A stretch of DNA of 64,000 nucleotides from Paraphysomonas bandaiensis (taxonomy: Eukaryota > Protista > Chrysophyceae): contig CBFFRP010000059.1 in assembly GCA_965644295.1 (NCBI GenBank), positions 81,147 to 145,146 on the forward strand. Reading direction: 5' to 3'. Shown here one piece after another: positions 22,691 to 35,429 of the stretch. Every line of letters starts with the position of its first letter. Position 1 is the stretch's first letter. The position numbers and the translations under genes were made by a program. The notes under the pieces were generated by a model, which was given only the letters and a program-made list of their open reading frames with translations, was not told the origin of the DNA and searched no databases.

Positions 22691-25600
22691 CATTCAATCA
22701 ACACATACCCCATTATACGCAGATGTAATACAACATAATCAGCATTGCATAGCAACATCAGGTGATTTGTCTGTATATATGGATCAAAATGCTTGCTCAG
22801 CATTATTATATATAATGGAAACTATCGTCACTTGCTGCAGTTGCACACAACTAAACAATTATCATTCGTGTCTACCTCATAATATGAAGTCATAACTCAC
22901 GCGGGCCGCATATAGTACATCAGTCTCCCTGAAATTGCTGTTAGACAGACACACACACAAATATCACGCATCAGGTACACATAAGATAAGGTTTATGCCA
23001 CGTCGCATATAATTTTACAACACTTTTGAGAGACTCAGGTCTTGAACGATAAACAATCCATATAAGCGTCAAGTTTTCACCGTCAGCTTTAAGATATGTC
23101 ATATATTAAACTGATAGAATCATCACAGTCTCTAATACACAAGTATACCATCATGATGTCAATGATACCTTGATAATATCCCGCAAATATAATATTCACC
23201 GCATGATGCCATACGCTATCCCCGCGTAACGCGCCATTCCTACAATCATTCAATCAACACATACCCCATTATACGCAGATGTAATACAACATAATCAGCA
23301 TTGCATAGCAACATCAGGTGATTTGTCTGTATATATGGATCAAAATGCTTGCTCAGCATTATTATATATAATGGAAACTATCGTCACTTGCTGCAGTTGC
23401 ACACAACTAAACAATTATCATTCGTGTCTACCTCATAATATGAAGTCATAACTCACGCGGGCCGCATATAGTACATCAGTCTCCCTGAAATTGCTGTTAG
23501 ACAGACACACACAAATATCACGCACCAGGTACACATAAGATAAGGTTTATGCCACGTCGCATATAATTTTACAACACTATTGAGAGACTCAGGTCTTGAA
23601 CGATAAACAATCCATATAAGCGTCAAGTTTTCACCGTCAGCTTTAAGATATGTCATATATTAAACTGATAGAATCATCACAGTCTCTAATACACAAGTAT
23701 ACCATCATGATGTCAATGATACCTTGATAATATCCCGCAAATATAATATTCACCGCATGATGCCATACGCTATCCCCGCGTAACGCGCCATTCCTACAAT
23801 CATTCAATCAACACATACCCCATTATACGCAGATGTAATACAACATAATCAGCATTGCATAGCAACATCAGGTGATTTGTCTGTATATATGGATCAAAAT
23901 GCTTGCTCAGCATTATTATATATAATGGAAACTATCGTCACTTGCTGCAGTTGCACACAACTAAACAATTATCATTCGTGTCTACCTCATAATATGAAGT
24001 CATAACTCACGCGGGCCGCATATAGTACATCAGTCTCCCTGAAATTGCTGTTAGACAGACACACACACAAATATCACGCATCAGGTACACATAAGATAAG
24101 GTTTATGCCACGTCGCATTTAATTTTACAACACTATTGAGAGACTCAGGTCTTGAACGATAAACAATCCATATAAGCGTCAAGTTTTCACCGTCAGCTTT
24201 AAGATATGTCATATATTAAACTGATAGAATCATCACAGTCTCTAATACACAAGTATACCATCATGATGTCAATGATACCTTGATAATATCCCGCAAATAT
24301 AATATTCACCGCATGATGCCATACGCTATCCCCGCGTAACGCGCCATTCCTACAATCATTCAATCAACACATACCCCATTATACGCAGATGTAATACAAC
24401 ATAATCAGCATTGCATAGCAACATCAGGTGATTTGTCTGTATATATGGATCAAAATGCTTGCTCAGCATTATTATATATAATGGAAACTATCGTCACTTG
24501 CTGCAGTTGCACACAACTAAACAATTATCATTCGTGTCTACCTCATAATATGAAGTCATAACTCACGCGGGCCGCATATAGTACATCAGTCTCCCTGAAA
24601 TTGCTGTTAGACAGACACACACACAAATATCACGCATCAGGTACACATAAGATAAGGTTTATGCCACGTCGCATTTAATTTTACAACACTATTGAGAGAC
24701 TCAGGTCTTGAACGATAAACAATCCATATAAGCATCAAGTTTTCACCGTCAGCTTTAAGATATGTCATATATTAAACTGATAGAATCATCACAGTCTCTA
24801 ATACACAAGTATACCATCATGATGTCAATGATACCTTGATAATATCCCGCAAATATAATATTCACCGCATGATGCCATACGCTATCCCCGCGTAACGCGC
24901 CATTCCTACAATCATTCAATCAACACATACCCCATTATACGCAGATGTAATACAACATAATCAGCATTGCATAGCAACATCAGGTGATTTGTCTGTATAT
25001 ATGGATCAAAATGCTTGCTCAGCATTATTATATATAATGGAAACTATCGTCACTTGCTGCAGTTGCACACAACTAAACAATTATCATTCGTGTCTACCTC
25101 ATAATATGAAGTCATAACTCACGCGGGCCGCATATAGTACATCAGTCTCCCTGAAATTGCTGTTAGACAGACACACACACAAATATCACGCATCAGGTAC
25201 ACATAAGATAAGGTTTATGCCACGTCGCATTTAATTTTACAACACTATTGAGAGACTCAGGTCTTGAACGATAAACAATCCATATAAGCGTCAAGTTTTC
25301 ACCGTCAGCTTTAAGATATGTCATATATTAAACTGATAGAATCATCACAGTCTCTAATACACAAGTATACCATCATGATGTCAATGATACCTTGATAATA
25401 TCCCGCAAATATAATATTCACCGCATGATGCCATACCAGGTGATTTGTCTGTATATATGGATCAAAATGCTTGCTCAGCATTATTATATATAATGGAAAC
25501 TATCGTCACTTGCTGCAGTTGCACACAACTAAACAATTATCATTCGTGTCTACCTCATAATATGAAGTCATAACTCACGCGGGCCGCATATAGTACATCA

Positions 25601-28600
25601 GTCTCCCTGAAATTGCTGTTAGACAGACACACACACAAATATCACGCATCAGGTACACATAAGATAAGGTTTATGCCACGTCGCATTTAATTTTACAACA
25701 CTATTGAGAGACTCAGGTCTTGAACGATAAACAATCCATATAAGCGTCAAGTTTTCACCGTCAGCTTTAAGATATGTCATATATTAAACTGATAGAATCA
25801 TCACAGTCTCTAATACACAAGTATACCATCATGATGTCAATGATACCTTGATAATATCCCGCAAATATAATATTCACCGCATGATGCCATACCAGGTGAT
25901 TTGTTTGTATATATGGATCAAAATGCTTGCTCAGCATTATTATATATAATGGAAACTATCGTCACTTGCTGCAGTTGCACACAACTAAACAATTATCATT
26001 CGTGTCTACCTCATAATATGAAGTCATAACTCACGCGGGCCGCATATAGTACATCAGTCTCCCTGAAATTGCTGTTAGACAGACACACACACAAATATCA
26101 CGCATCAGGTACACATAAGATAAGGTTTATGCCACGTCGCATTTAATTTTACAACACTATTGAGAGACTCAGGTCTTGAACGATAAACAATCCATATAAG
26201 CGTCAAGTTTTCACCGTCAGCTTTAAGATATGTCATATATTAAACTGATAGAATCATCACAGTCTCTAATACACAAGTATACCATCATGATGTCAATGAT
26301 ACCTTGATAATATCCCGCAAATATAATATTCACCGCATGATGCCATACGCTATCCCCGCGTAACGCGCCATTCCTACAATCATTCAATCAACACATACCC
26401 CATTATACGCAGATGTAATACAACATAATCAGCATTGCATAGCAACATCAGGTGATTTGTCTGTATATATGGATCAAAATGCTTGCTCAGCATTATTATA
26501 TATAATGGAAACTATCGTCACTTGCTGCAGTTGCACACAACTAAACAATTATCATTCGTGTCTACCTCATAATATGAAGTCATAACTCACGCGGGCCGCA
26601 TATAGTACATCAGTCTCCCTGAAATTGCTGTTAGACAGACACACACAAATATCACGCACCAGGTACACATAAGATAAGGTTTATGCCACGTCGCATATAA
26701 TTTTACAACACTATTGAGAGACTCAGGTCTTGAACGATAAACAATCCATATAAGCGTCAAGTTTTCACCGTCAGCTTTAAGATATGTCATATATTAAACT
26801 GATAGAATCATCACAGTCTCTAATACACAAGTATACCATCATGATGTCAATGATACCTTGATAATATCCCGCAAATATAATATTCACCGCATGATGCCAT
26901 ACGCTATCCCCGCGTAACGCGCCATTCCTACAATCATTCAATCAACACATACCCCATTATACGCAGATGTAATACAACATAATCAGCATTGCATAGCAAC
27001 ATCAGGTGATTTGTCTGTATATATGGATCAAAATGCTTGCTCAGCATTATTATATATAATGGAAACTATCGTCACTTGCTGCAGTTGCACACAACTAAAC
27101 AATTATCATTCGTGTCTACCTCATAATATGAAGTCATAACTCACGCGGGCCGCATATAGTACATCAGTCTCCCTGAAATTGCTGTTAGACAGACACACAC
27201 AAATATCACGCACCAGGTACACATAAGATAAGGTTTATGCCACGTCGCATATAATTTTACAACACTATTGAGAGACTCAGGTCTTGAACGATAAACAATC
27301 CATATAAGCGTCAAGTTTTCACCGTCAGCTTTAAGATATGTCATATATTAAACTGATAGAATCATCACAGTCTCTAATACACAAGTATACCATCATGATG
27401 TCAATGATACCTTGATAATATCCCGCAAATATAATATTCACCGCATGATGCCATACGCTATCCCCGCGTAACGCGCCATTCCTACAATCATTCAATCAAC
27501 ACATACCCCATTATACGCAGATGTAATACAACATAATCAGCATTGCATAGCAACATCAGGTGATTTGTCTGTATATATGGATCAAAATGCTTGCTCAGCA
27601 TTATTATATATAATGGAAACTATCGTCACTTGCTGCAGTTGCACACAACTAAACAATTATCATTCGTGTCTACCTCATAATATGAAGTCATAACTCACGC
27701 GGGCCGCATATAGTACATCAGTCTCCCTGAAATTGCTGTTAGACAGACACACACAAATATCACGCACCAGGTACACATAAGATAAGGTTTATGCCACGTC
27801 GCATATAATTTTACAACACTTTTGAGAGACTCAGGTCTTGAACGATAAACAATCCATATAAGCGTCAAGTTTTCACCGTCAGCTTTAAGATATGTCATAT
27901 ATTAAACTGATAGAATCATCACAGTCTCTAATACACAAGTATACCATCATGATGTCAATGATACCTTGATAATATCCCGCAAATATAATATTCACCGCAT
28001 GATGCCATACGCTATCCCCGCGTAACGCGCCATTCCTACAATCATTCAATCAACACATACCCCATTATACGCAGATGTAATACAACATAATCAGCATTGC
28101 ATAGCAACATCAGGTGATTTGTCTGTATATATGGATCAAAATGCTTGCTCAGCATTATTATATATAATGGAAACTATCGTCACTTGCTGCAGTTGCACAC
28201 AACTAAACAATTATCATTCGTGTCTACCTCATAATATGAAGTCATAACTCACGCGGGCCGCATATAGTACATCAGTCTCCCTGAAATTGCTGTTAGACAG
28301 ACACACACAAATATCACGCACCAGGTACACATAAGATAAGGTTTATGCCACGTCGCATATAATTTTACAACACTTTTGAGAGACTCAGGTCTTGAACGAT
28401 AAACAATCCATATAAGCGTCAAGTTTTCACCGTCAGCTTTAAGATATGTCATATATTAAACTGATAGAATCATCACAGTCTCTAATACACAAGTATACCA
28501 TCATGATGTCAATGATACCTTGATAATATCCCGCAAATATAATATTCACCGCATGATGCCATACGCTATCCCCGCGTAACGCGCCATTCCTACAATCATT

Positions 28601-29589
28601 CAATCAACACATACCCCATTATACGCAGATGTAATACAACATAATCAGCATTGCATAGCAACATCAGGTGATTTGTCTGTATATATGGATCAAAATGCTT
28701 GCTCAGCATTATTATATATAATGGAAACTATCGTCACTTGCTGCAGTTGCACACAACTAAACAATTATCATTCGTGTCTACCTCATAATATGAAGTCATA
28801 ACTCACGCGGGCCGCATATAGTACATCAGTCTCCCTGAAATTGCTGTTAGACAGACACACACAAATATCACGCACCAGGTACACATAAGATAAGGTTTAT
28901 GCCACGTCGCATATAATTTTACAACACTATTGAGAGACTCAGGTCTTGAACGATAAACAATCCATATAAGCGTCAAGTTTTCACCGTCAGCTTTAAGATA
29001 TGTCATATATTAAACTGATAGAATCATCACAGTCTCTAATACACAAGTATACCATCATGATGTCAATGATACCTTGATAATATCCCGCAAATATAATATT
29101 CACCGCATGATGCCATACGCTATCCCCGCGTAACGCGCCATTCCTACAATCATTCAATCAACACATACCCCATTATACGCAGATGTAATACAACATAATC
29201 AGCATTGCATAGCAACATCAGGTGATTTGTCTGTATATATGGATCAAAATGCTTGCTCAGCATTATTATATATAATGGAAACTATCGTCACTTGCTGCAG
29301 TTGCACACAACTAAACAATTATCATTCGTGTCTACCTCATAATATGAAGTCATAACTCACGCGGGCCGCATATAGTACATCAGTCTCCCTGAAATTGCTG
29401 TTAGACAGACACACTCGCAGATGTAATACAACATAATCAGCTTTGCATAGCAACATCAGGTGATTTGTCTGTATATATGGATCAAAATGCTTGCTCAGCA
29501 TTATTATATATAATGGAAACTATCGTCACTTGCTGCAGTTGTACACAACTAAACAATTATCATTCGCGTCTACCTCATATGAAGTCATA
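22691..29589. repeat. 554/556-bp satellite, right block (~13 units, two of them with a 100-bp deletion)
   Basis: gcgggccgcatatag recurs every 554-556 bp, and twice at 456 bp (deletion junctions ccatac|cagg at about 25436 and 25892). A partial unit follows 29415. Confidence 0.98.
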
Positions 29590-29590
29590 G

Positions 29591-29944
29591 TTACACACCT
29601 ATCCCAGGTGTCATCAGGATCTGTTGGTAGAATATTTTCGTTATCAAAACCAAAACCACTGTATCTGTAAGTTTTGATACAATACCATACGCCTTCTTTA
29701 ATTCGTTGCAGTGGCTCTGCAATTGCTGACAGTCAAAGTTGGAACTAGTTCTGTCGTTGAATGCAAGAAGCATTATTTCCAATCACGAGATTTGAATCCT
29801 GAATCTGTGTGCACGCCATCCGCAACCTTTTCTAACATGACATCGATATGAATCCCTTTACTCTCAGATGTCCATCTACAGGACAGCTTCTTTTCTTTGT
29901 TAGGTTCTTCTACTGGAATACTCTCTCTGTTGCTCTGTTGGCAT
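29591..29944 (-). pseudogene. Myb/SANT-like DNA-binding gene of a PIF/Harbinger transposon, frameshifted and truncated
   Basis: Frames read CRWTSES..IDVMLEKVADG.HTDSGFKSRDW / IMLLAFN..FDCQQLQSHCNELKKAY..VSKL / SGFGFDNE..PDDTWD, the Myb_DNA-bind_3 pattern. Confidence 0.75.
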
Positions 29945-30500
29945 TGTAATGTACAGCACTGCCCTATTTACGACTTCTATATGTTGGATGTATACTGTAT
30001 ATACAGCAGTATATGGCAATCGTTAGGTAGTATAGTACAGTGGCTGGCCCCTACAAGGTGCGCCCATTTCAGGTCCAGCCACTGCTGTATATGGCTATGC
30101 CCATTTGCTGGATCACCCAAATACAGTGCATTTTCAACCAATCGGCATCCTTTGTGTATTTTTGTTCCAAGAAGCCTCTAATATTGAGACAACAATTATC
30201 TGTATACCAGCCGTAGTTGTATATCAGTAATATAGACGAATTTTGCTTCAATTTATTAACGAAAAATAAGATGCGGACTGCCCATACGTTGAGTGAACTG
30301 AACGGGGCCTTATATATAAGCTCTGTAGTACAGTGTATACCATAATATACATTTGGACACCACAAAAATCTATTCATATAATTCAAAAAACTGAAAAACG
30401 GTTACATTCACTCAAGTAAAGCATATTGATGTGTATATACTGCACTTACTTCTTAATATTATTTGCTTTAAAGCATATTGTAATAGTTTGACAAGTTACG

Positions 30501-31381
30501 ATGACATCAAATGGAGGGTCAAATATCAAGAGTGCTGAGAGTAATCATAAGCCTCTCGTAATATTGCGTTGCAAGTGTGTTGTTGTTGGCGATGCCTGTG
30601 TTGGGAAAACAGCATTAACACAAGTATTTAATAGCGGAGGCAGCACATACCCAAAGAATTATGTCATGGTATATTGTATTTTCACTGATCACACTTTGCT
30701 GATTTTGTTATAGACTATTGGGGCCGAGTTTTGTGTGAAGCAGGTTCCAATACCAGATACCAATGCCGTAGTGGAGTTGTATATATTCGATTGTGCAGGT
30801 CAATCTATTTTCAACCAAGTAGAAATGAATTCGAAATATGTACGTTTTTAAACATCCGTAGTATCAGTAACCGTTGTACCAGTGGGAAAACACGTCTGCT
30901 GTGATGGTAGTGTATGATGTATCCAACCCTGAGAGTTTGCAGTCCTGCGTCAAATGGCTTGGAGGTTGGTAGTTTTTTGATCATAGAGTGCAGCATTAAC
31001 TGACTCGTAGGAGTTCGTGCGATGCGCCCTACGGGACAACGCATGCTTGGTGTTCTGGTGGGAAACAAGGCGGATTTCCGAGAGGACGGTGGGTTGGACT
31101 CTCGTGCAGAGGTATCCAAAGAGGAAGGTCAGGGGGCTGCCAGGGAGATGGGTCTGCAGTACTTTGAGACATCAGCGGTAAGAAAATGTATTATTGGGCT
31201 TGGAATCACCTTCGTTTGCAGGCAACTAATACTAACGTGGATTCGCCATTCAATCACATCGCGGAAGAGTTTTACAAAAGGCACATGCTTATAATTTTTC
31301 CAAGTTCGATATGTTACTTTTTTATGTAGGTATCAGGCAACTATATCTCGTGCTGAAGAGCTTTCTGCGATGACTGTATAG
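30501..31381 (+). CDS. IFT27: Intraflagellar transport protein 27 (Rab-like 4), 6 exons
   Basis: LRCKCVVVGDACVGKTAL..YPKNYVMTIGAEFCVK..IPDTNAVVELYIFDCAGQ, GVLVGNKAD and YFETSA. No C-terminal prenylation motif. The last intron appears to use a GC donor. Confidence 0.93.
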
Positions 31382-31936
31382 ATATAAATATCTGTAAAAT
31401 ATGAATCAGTAGGATGTAGTGTCAACACTCATTGGGAAGAACAGTGCGTAAATTAGAATATGTAAGGAAGTAATAAGTGGACCGTTTACGAATATATTTT
31501 ACATCGCGTTGATGGTTAGTTTCACGATAATAGAGGCGCTAGTGAGCATTCTAAAAGTGTGCGTGTTCAGTCAATTATAGTTTCATATTAATTGTTACCC
31601 GCTGCAGAATCTGAGTTCGCGGTACACGAAAACCAAAGCGAGGTATAGTTGTAAGGAAAGGCATTCACTCTTTACCAAAACACTCAATATTTTAAGAAAT
31701 CTAACGACGCTGAGGGTAACTTGTACACATATCTGTACAACTATAGTGTCCTACACCGAAAGTACACATTCTCATAGCTGAAACCGCTCCAAAACACCAT
31801 ATGTCAGCGTTTTCATAGTGGCATCCGAAGCTCAAGTACACTCTCCGCGTACTATAGCCCACAGCCTATAAGTCATGATTCAAGCGGACGTATCCGAGGT
31901 CAGCTCTCTGTAGTCCCAATCGCACCCGCTATGCAT

Positions 31937-32785
31937 CTAGTTAGAGATTGAAGAGCGCTGATGATGTGTCCTATTGTATCGACTCAGTATCTGGTTTTGC
32001 TCAGCAAGGGAACCGCAAAATTCAGGTACGCATTTCCTCCCGCCCTCGTAGGGCATATCTCGAGTTGTGTCACAGGCGACGTCTTGTGATGGTCCAAAGT
32101 AGCATCCCCTTCCGTTCTGTTGCTGCCACATATCACACGTCGCGGTAGCACAACATGCCTCCGCACACTGACGTGTGTCTAATCTCTGATTGTTTATACC
32201 CGTCCGTTCTGGTCCAAGACCGAAGCACTGATTAGGAAGTAAATCTCCCCAATCACACACACCATTCTCTCGCTTCATTACGCGTCTGCCATTCCACTCC
32301 GAAGGAGAAAAAGGGTCACACCAATTGTCGGTAGCTGCATCTTCTAAGCCAACCCGCACAGCATCTCCTAGCTTACATGTCTTAGTCGCCAACTGAAACT
32401 GTGTGGAATCAAAGAAGAGCTAGAATAATAAATTTCGAACCTGCCAAGATGTACAATTCTCTCCTAAGTTACAACACAATGCCCGACAATCATCAGAAGA
32501 TTTCACCACAATATCAGCCAATCCTTCAAATGTTTCCATTTTCTTCAAGCCGAAACATTTTCCAACTAATCCACCCGGTCTGGGGATACACCTCAAGATG
32601 AAACAATAAAACAATAATATTAAGACTCACCTCCACAAGTTCTTGCAACCACCATGTTTTAGCAATTTGAAAGATGATACTTGCATTGCTGCTGCAGTGA
32701 ATGCATAACTGAATGCATACAGTAACAGTAGAAGTACTGCTCTGGAATACATATGCTGTCGACCCCACAAAGCATTCAATTTCAT
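31937..32785 (-). CDS. Secreted cysteine-rich protein with two PAN/apple-like repeats (3 exons)
   Basis: Hydrophobic signal-like N-terminus, and a repeated CFGL...C.A/E.CC....C..WQ......C..G pattern. The first acceptor site is uncertain. Confidence 0.65.
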
Positions 32786-34186
32786 TCAAGAATTCGAACG
32801 AATTTTGTCATTATTGTTTGTATTTCAAGATCCTTGTGAAGCTAATGATACTTACAGCATAGCTGAATGCACTCCAACTGCCTCTGCAAAGAGACCCACC
32901 GCCTGTGTGGATATACATACGACGTACAACACTGCAGTCGTACATCTAGACATATCTACAAGTACGAATTAGTTTATAATACCATACTCTGATGTACCGC
33001 AGTATTTCGATCCTGTATATGGGTACATATATCTACGTACATATCTTCCACCACATAGACATACACATATCCATATCTTTCAGGTTACTCAAAGGACATA
33101 ATAGTTCAGTGTTGACATTTCCACTCTACAAATATCCACAGTGAGCATTAATTTTGCATGACGGAGTACACTCTTTGTTTGGTAGGCTTTATACCATTCA
33201 GTACATACTCATATGAAACTTATGAGCGACAGTTAGATTGATAGCACAGTTGAGTGTTTTATTCACTATAAGTGAAATATTTTCATTGTTAAATAGTTGT
33301 TACAGTATTGAAACTTGTCTCGTATGCATTCTATGTCTGAAGTGTCGAATATTTTAGGCCTAATATCTCTCACCTGTCTATTGAAGTAAACTTGAAGTTT
33401 ATACCTTGACCTGATCACTCAATGCCTAATAGGTAGATTTCGTAAAGCGTGGAGGTATACATCACAACTATGAAATTAAATGTTGAGTACTCCCGAAGTA
33501 GTAACATGTAAACATGTGACCACAGTGTTATTTTCGTTTATTTTATTTCCACTCATTGCGTCAGAGTCTTTACCGTGGAATGTTCTCTTACCAAGCAAAT
33601 TCGTGTACCCTAATGTTAAATACCTCAAGCCGTGACTACTATTCATGCTCTGACAATTCTTCTAATTTATAGCGTACGTTTTATTACGTGACTATGCCAA
33701 TTTTTTACCTTGAGGTAAAACAGAATCTTTACAATTTAACGATTAGTGAGGGGGGATAGTTAGGTGTTCTTGAATTGAGAAACCCTTTGCATATACCCTG
33801 TTGCCTCTACTAAAAGCGATCTAAATTGCAGCGGGCTTTATGACAACGCTTGGAAAACCATGAAAACAAGATCACGGAAAAATTAAGAACAGAGTTTCAA
33901 CTGCTCTGTACGTTTTACGGTAGTGCTGAGATATGAAAGATATGTGTATAGTGAATGTAGAATTAGTGATAGGAGTATATAACTGTTGAGCAGCAATAGA
34001 ATAAATATTGGCTACGACAGGTTCGAATAAATTCTTCAGCATCAACAAAAATCTACATCTCAACATGAATTATTCGACATTTAATAGCAAAATGCAAGAT
34101 TCGATGCACGTCAAGGAGTACAATAAACAACACGAATACTTCGAACAACAAATTTAATATCTACGAATATCCTTCCCAAACAATTA

Positions 34187-34861
34187 TCATTTTTTACCTC
34201 CCATGCTATCTAATTGACTAATTAAGTCTTCAAATGCATCACTGTTATAAACCATTGAACCTGTTGCAGGAAATTCATCTTCTTCAGCTGTAGGAGACAG
34301 AGGTGTTGATACTTTTTCTTCATTGGGGGCATCCTCTGGCGCATCAGAGTCATATGGACACTCCATACTGGTAATTCCAGTGGATTTATGAACCCAAAAT
34401 ACACAACCTGCCTGAGTTTCTTTGATCCACTCGTCCTTTGTAGTTGCTTGAGTGCTAATAACTAACACCTTCTTTTTCGATAGAGCCTCAGCCTTTCTTG
34501 CCGCAGCAAGCTTTGCAGCAGACACTTCATCACTATCTCCAGACTTTTTGAACTCTAAGCGTTGCATTAACTGGACCCCACCTTTCCGAAGTAAAACTGT
34601 GTTGCGCTTCTGCTTTAGTGTCATGAAGTCTTCTGGAGGCTCCATGAGATTAGCGTGCTCATCCACAGACTTATCATGCAAATATTTTCTAGTAAAAACA
34701 CAAAGTAACAAAACTATACAATTTAATGAATGAAAGTACCTCCTTCCACTATAGAAAAAGCCCTTTGAGTAATCGCCACGGTTACCAAATGGGTCCCCAA
34801 ACATCACTCTGCCTTCACTTTTCATGTAATGATCATCGTGTTCTGCAGTCTTGCTTTCCAT
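34187..34861 (-). CDS. Hypothetical protein with WW-like motif
   Basis: ORF with a probable in-frame 51-nt intron (34689-34739). EWIKETQAGCVFWVHKSTGITSMECP resembles a WW domain. Confidence 0.6.
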   Translation of the reverse strand: MESKTAEHDDHYMKSEGRVMFGDPFGNRGDYSKGFFYSGRRYFHSLNCIVLLLCVFTRKYLHDKSVDEHANLMEPPEDFMTLKQKRNTVLLRKGGVQLMQRLEFKKSGDSDEVSAAKLAAARKAEALSKKKVLVISTQATTKDEWIKETQAGCVFWVHKSTGITSMECPYDSDAPEDAPNEEKVSTPLSPTAEEDEFPATGSMVYNSDAFEDLISQLDSMGGKK

Positions 34862-35429
34862 ACCAATAATAATATATGAAAACACAAGGTAATCTCTTAT
34901 GTCAAACCCTTCAACAATCGTCGTGTTGTGATGTAGTGATTAAGTGGCTTTGATGTGAGTTGTATGTATAGGAGTTTCACACGATAGTAACTGAATAGAC
35001 AACTTGTCGTATGTATGTATTCGTCGTATTCGGTCTTCGGTATTTCGATGAGGGGGTTTCTATACATAATATGATGTGGTGATGATGAGTGATAACACAT
35101 CCATCCACAGTGTAATACACTACCCTTCTGTATAACTGAAAAAGTGGGATTTTTATGACACCATCGTATTAAATATCAGTCAATGAGTCTAAAAAAACTA
35201 TATTCTAACACAATAATAGCATATTTCTGGTGCCCTTATCCGCCGCACACTTGATTGAATATGGCATATGCATCTCTCTCTATATGATGATGATACGTGG
35301 TATATAGCAATGAATGATGAGCACTACTTGGTTGTGTGTATATATATATACTTATTATTTAAGTGGTGTCTGTAGTTCATATTGTTAGTAAAGTATTATA
35401 ATAACGACGTAACACGGGTACACAGCATC

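Noticed and set aside
23453-29006. Repeated 67-aa ORF MTYLKADGEN...
   Set aside because: By-product of the satellite. It appears only in units with the shorter (AC)n run and has no recognisable domain.
17437-29589. CRISPR-like, integron-like or 5S rDNA array
   Set aside because: Units are near-identical with no unique spacers or cassettes. The GCCATAC similarity to 5S rRNA does not extend to the rest of the gene.
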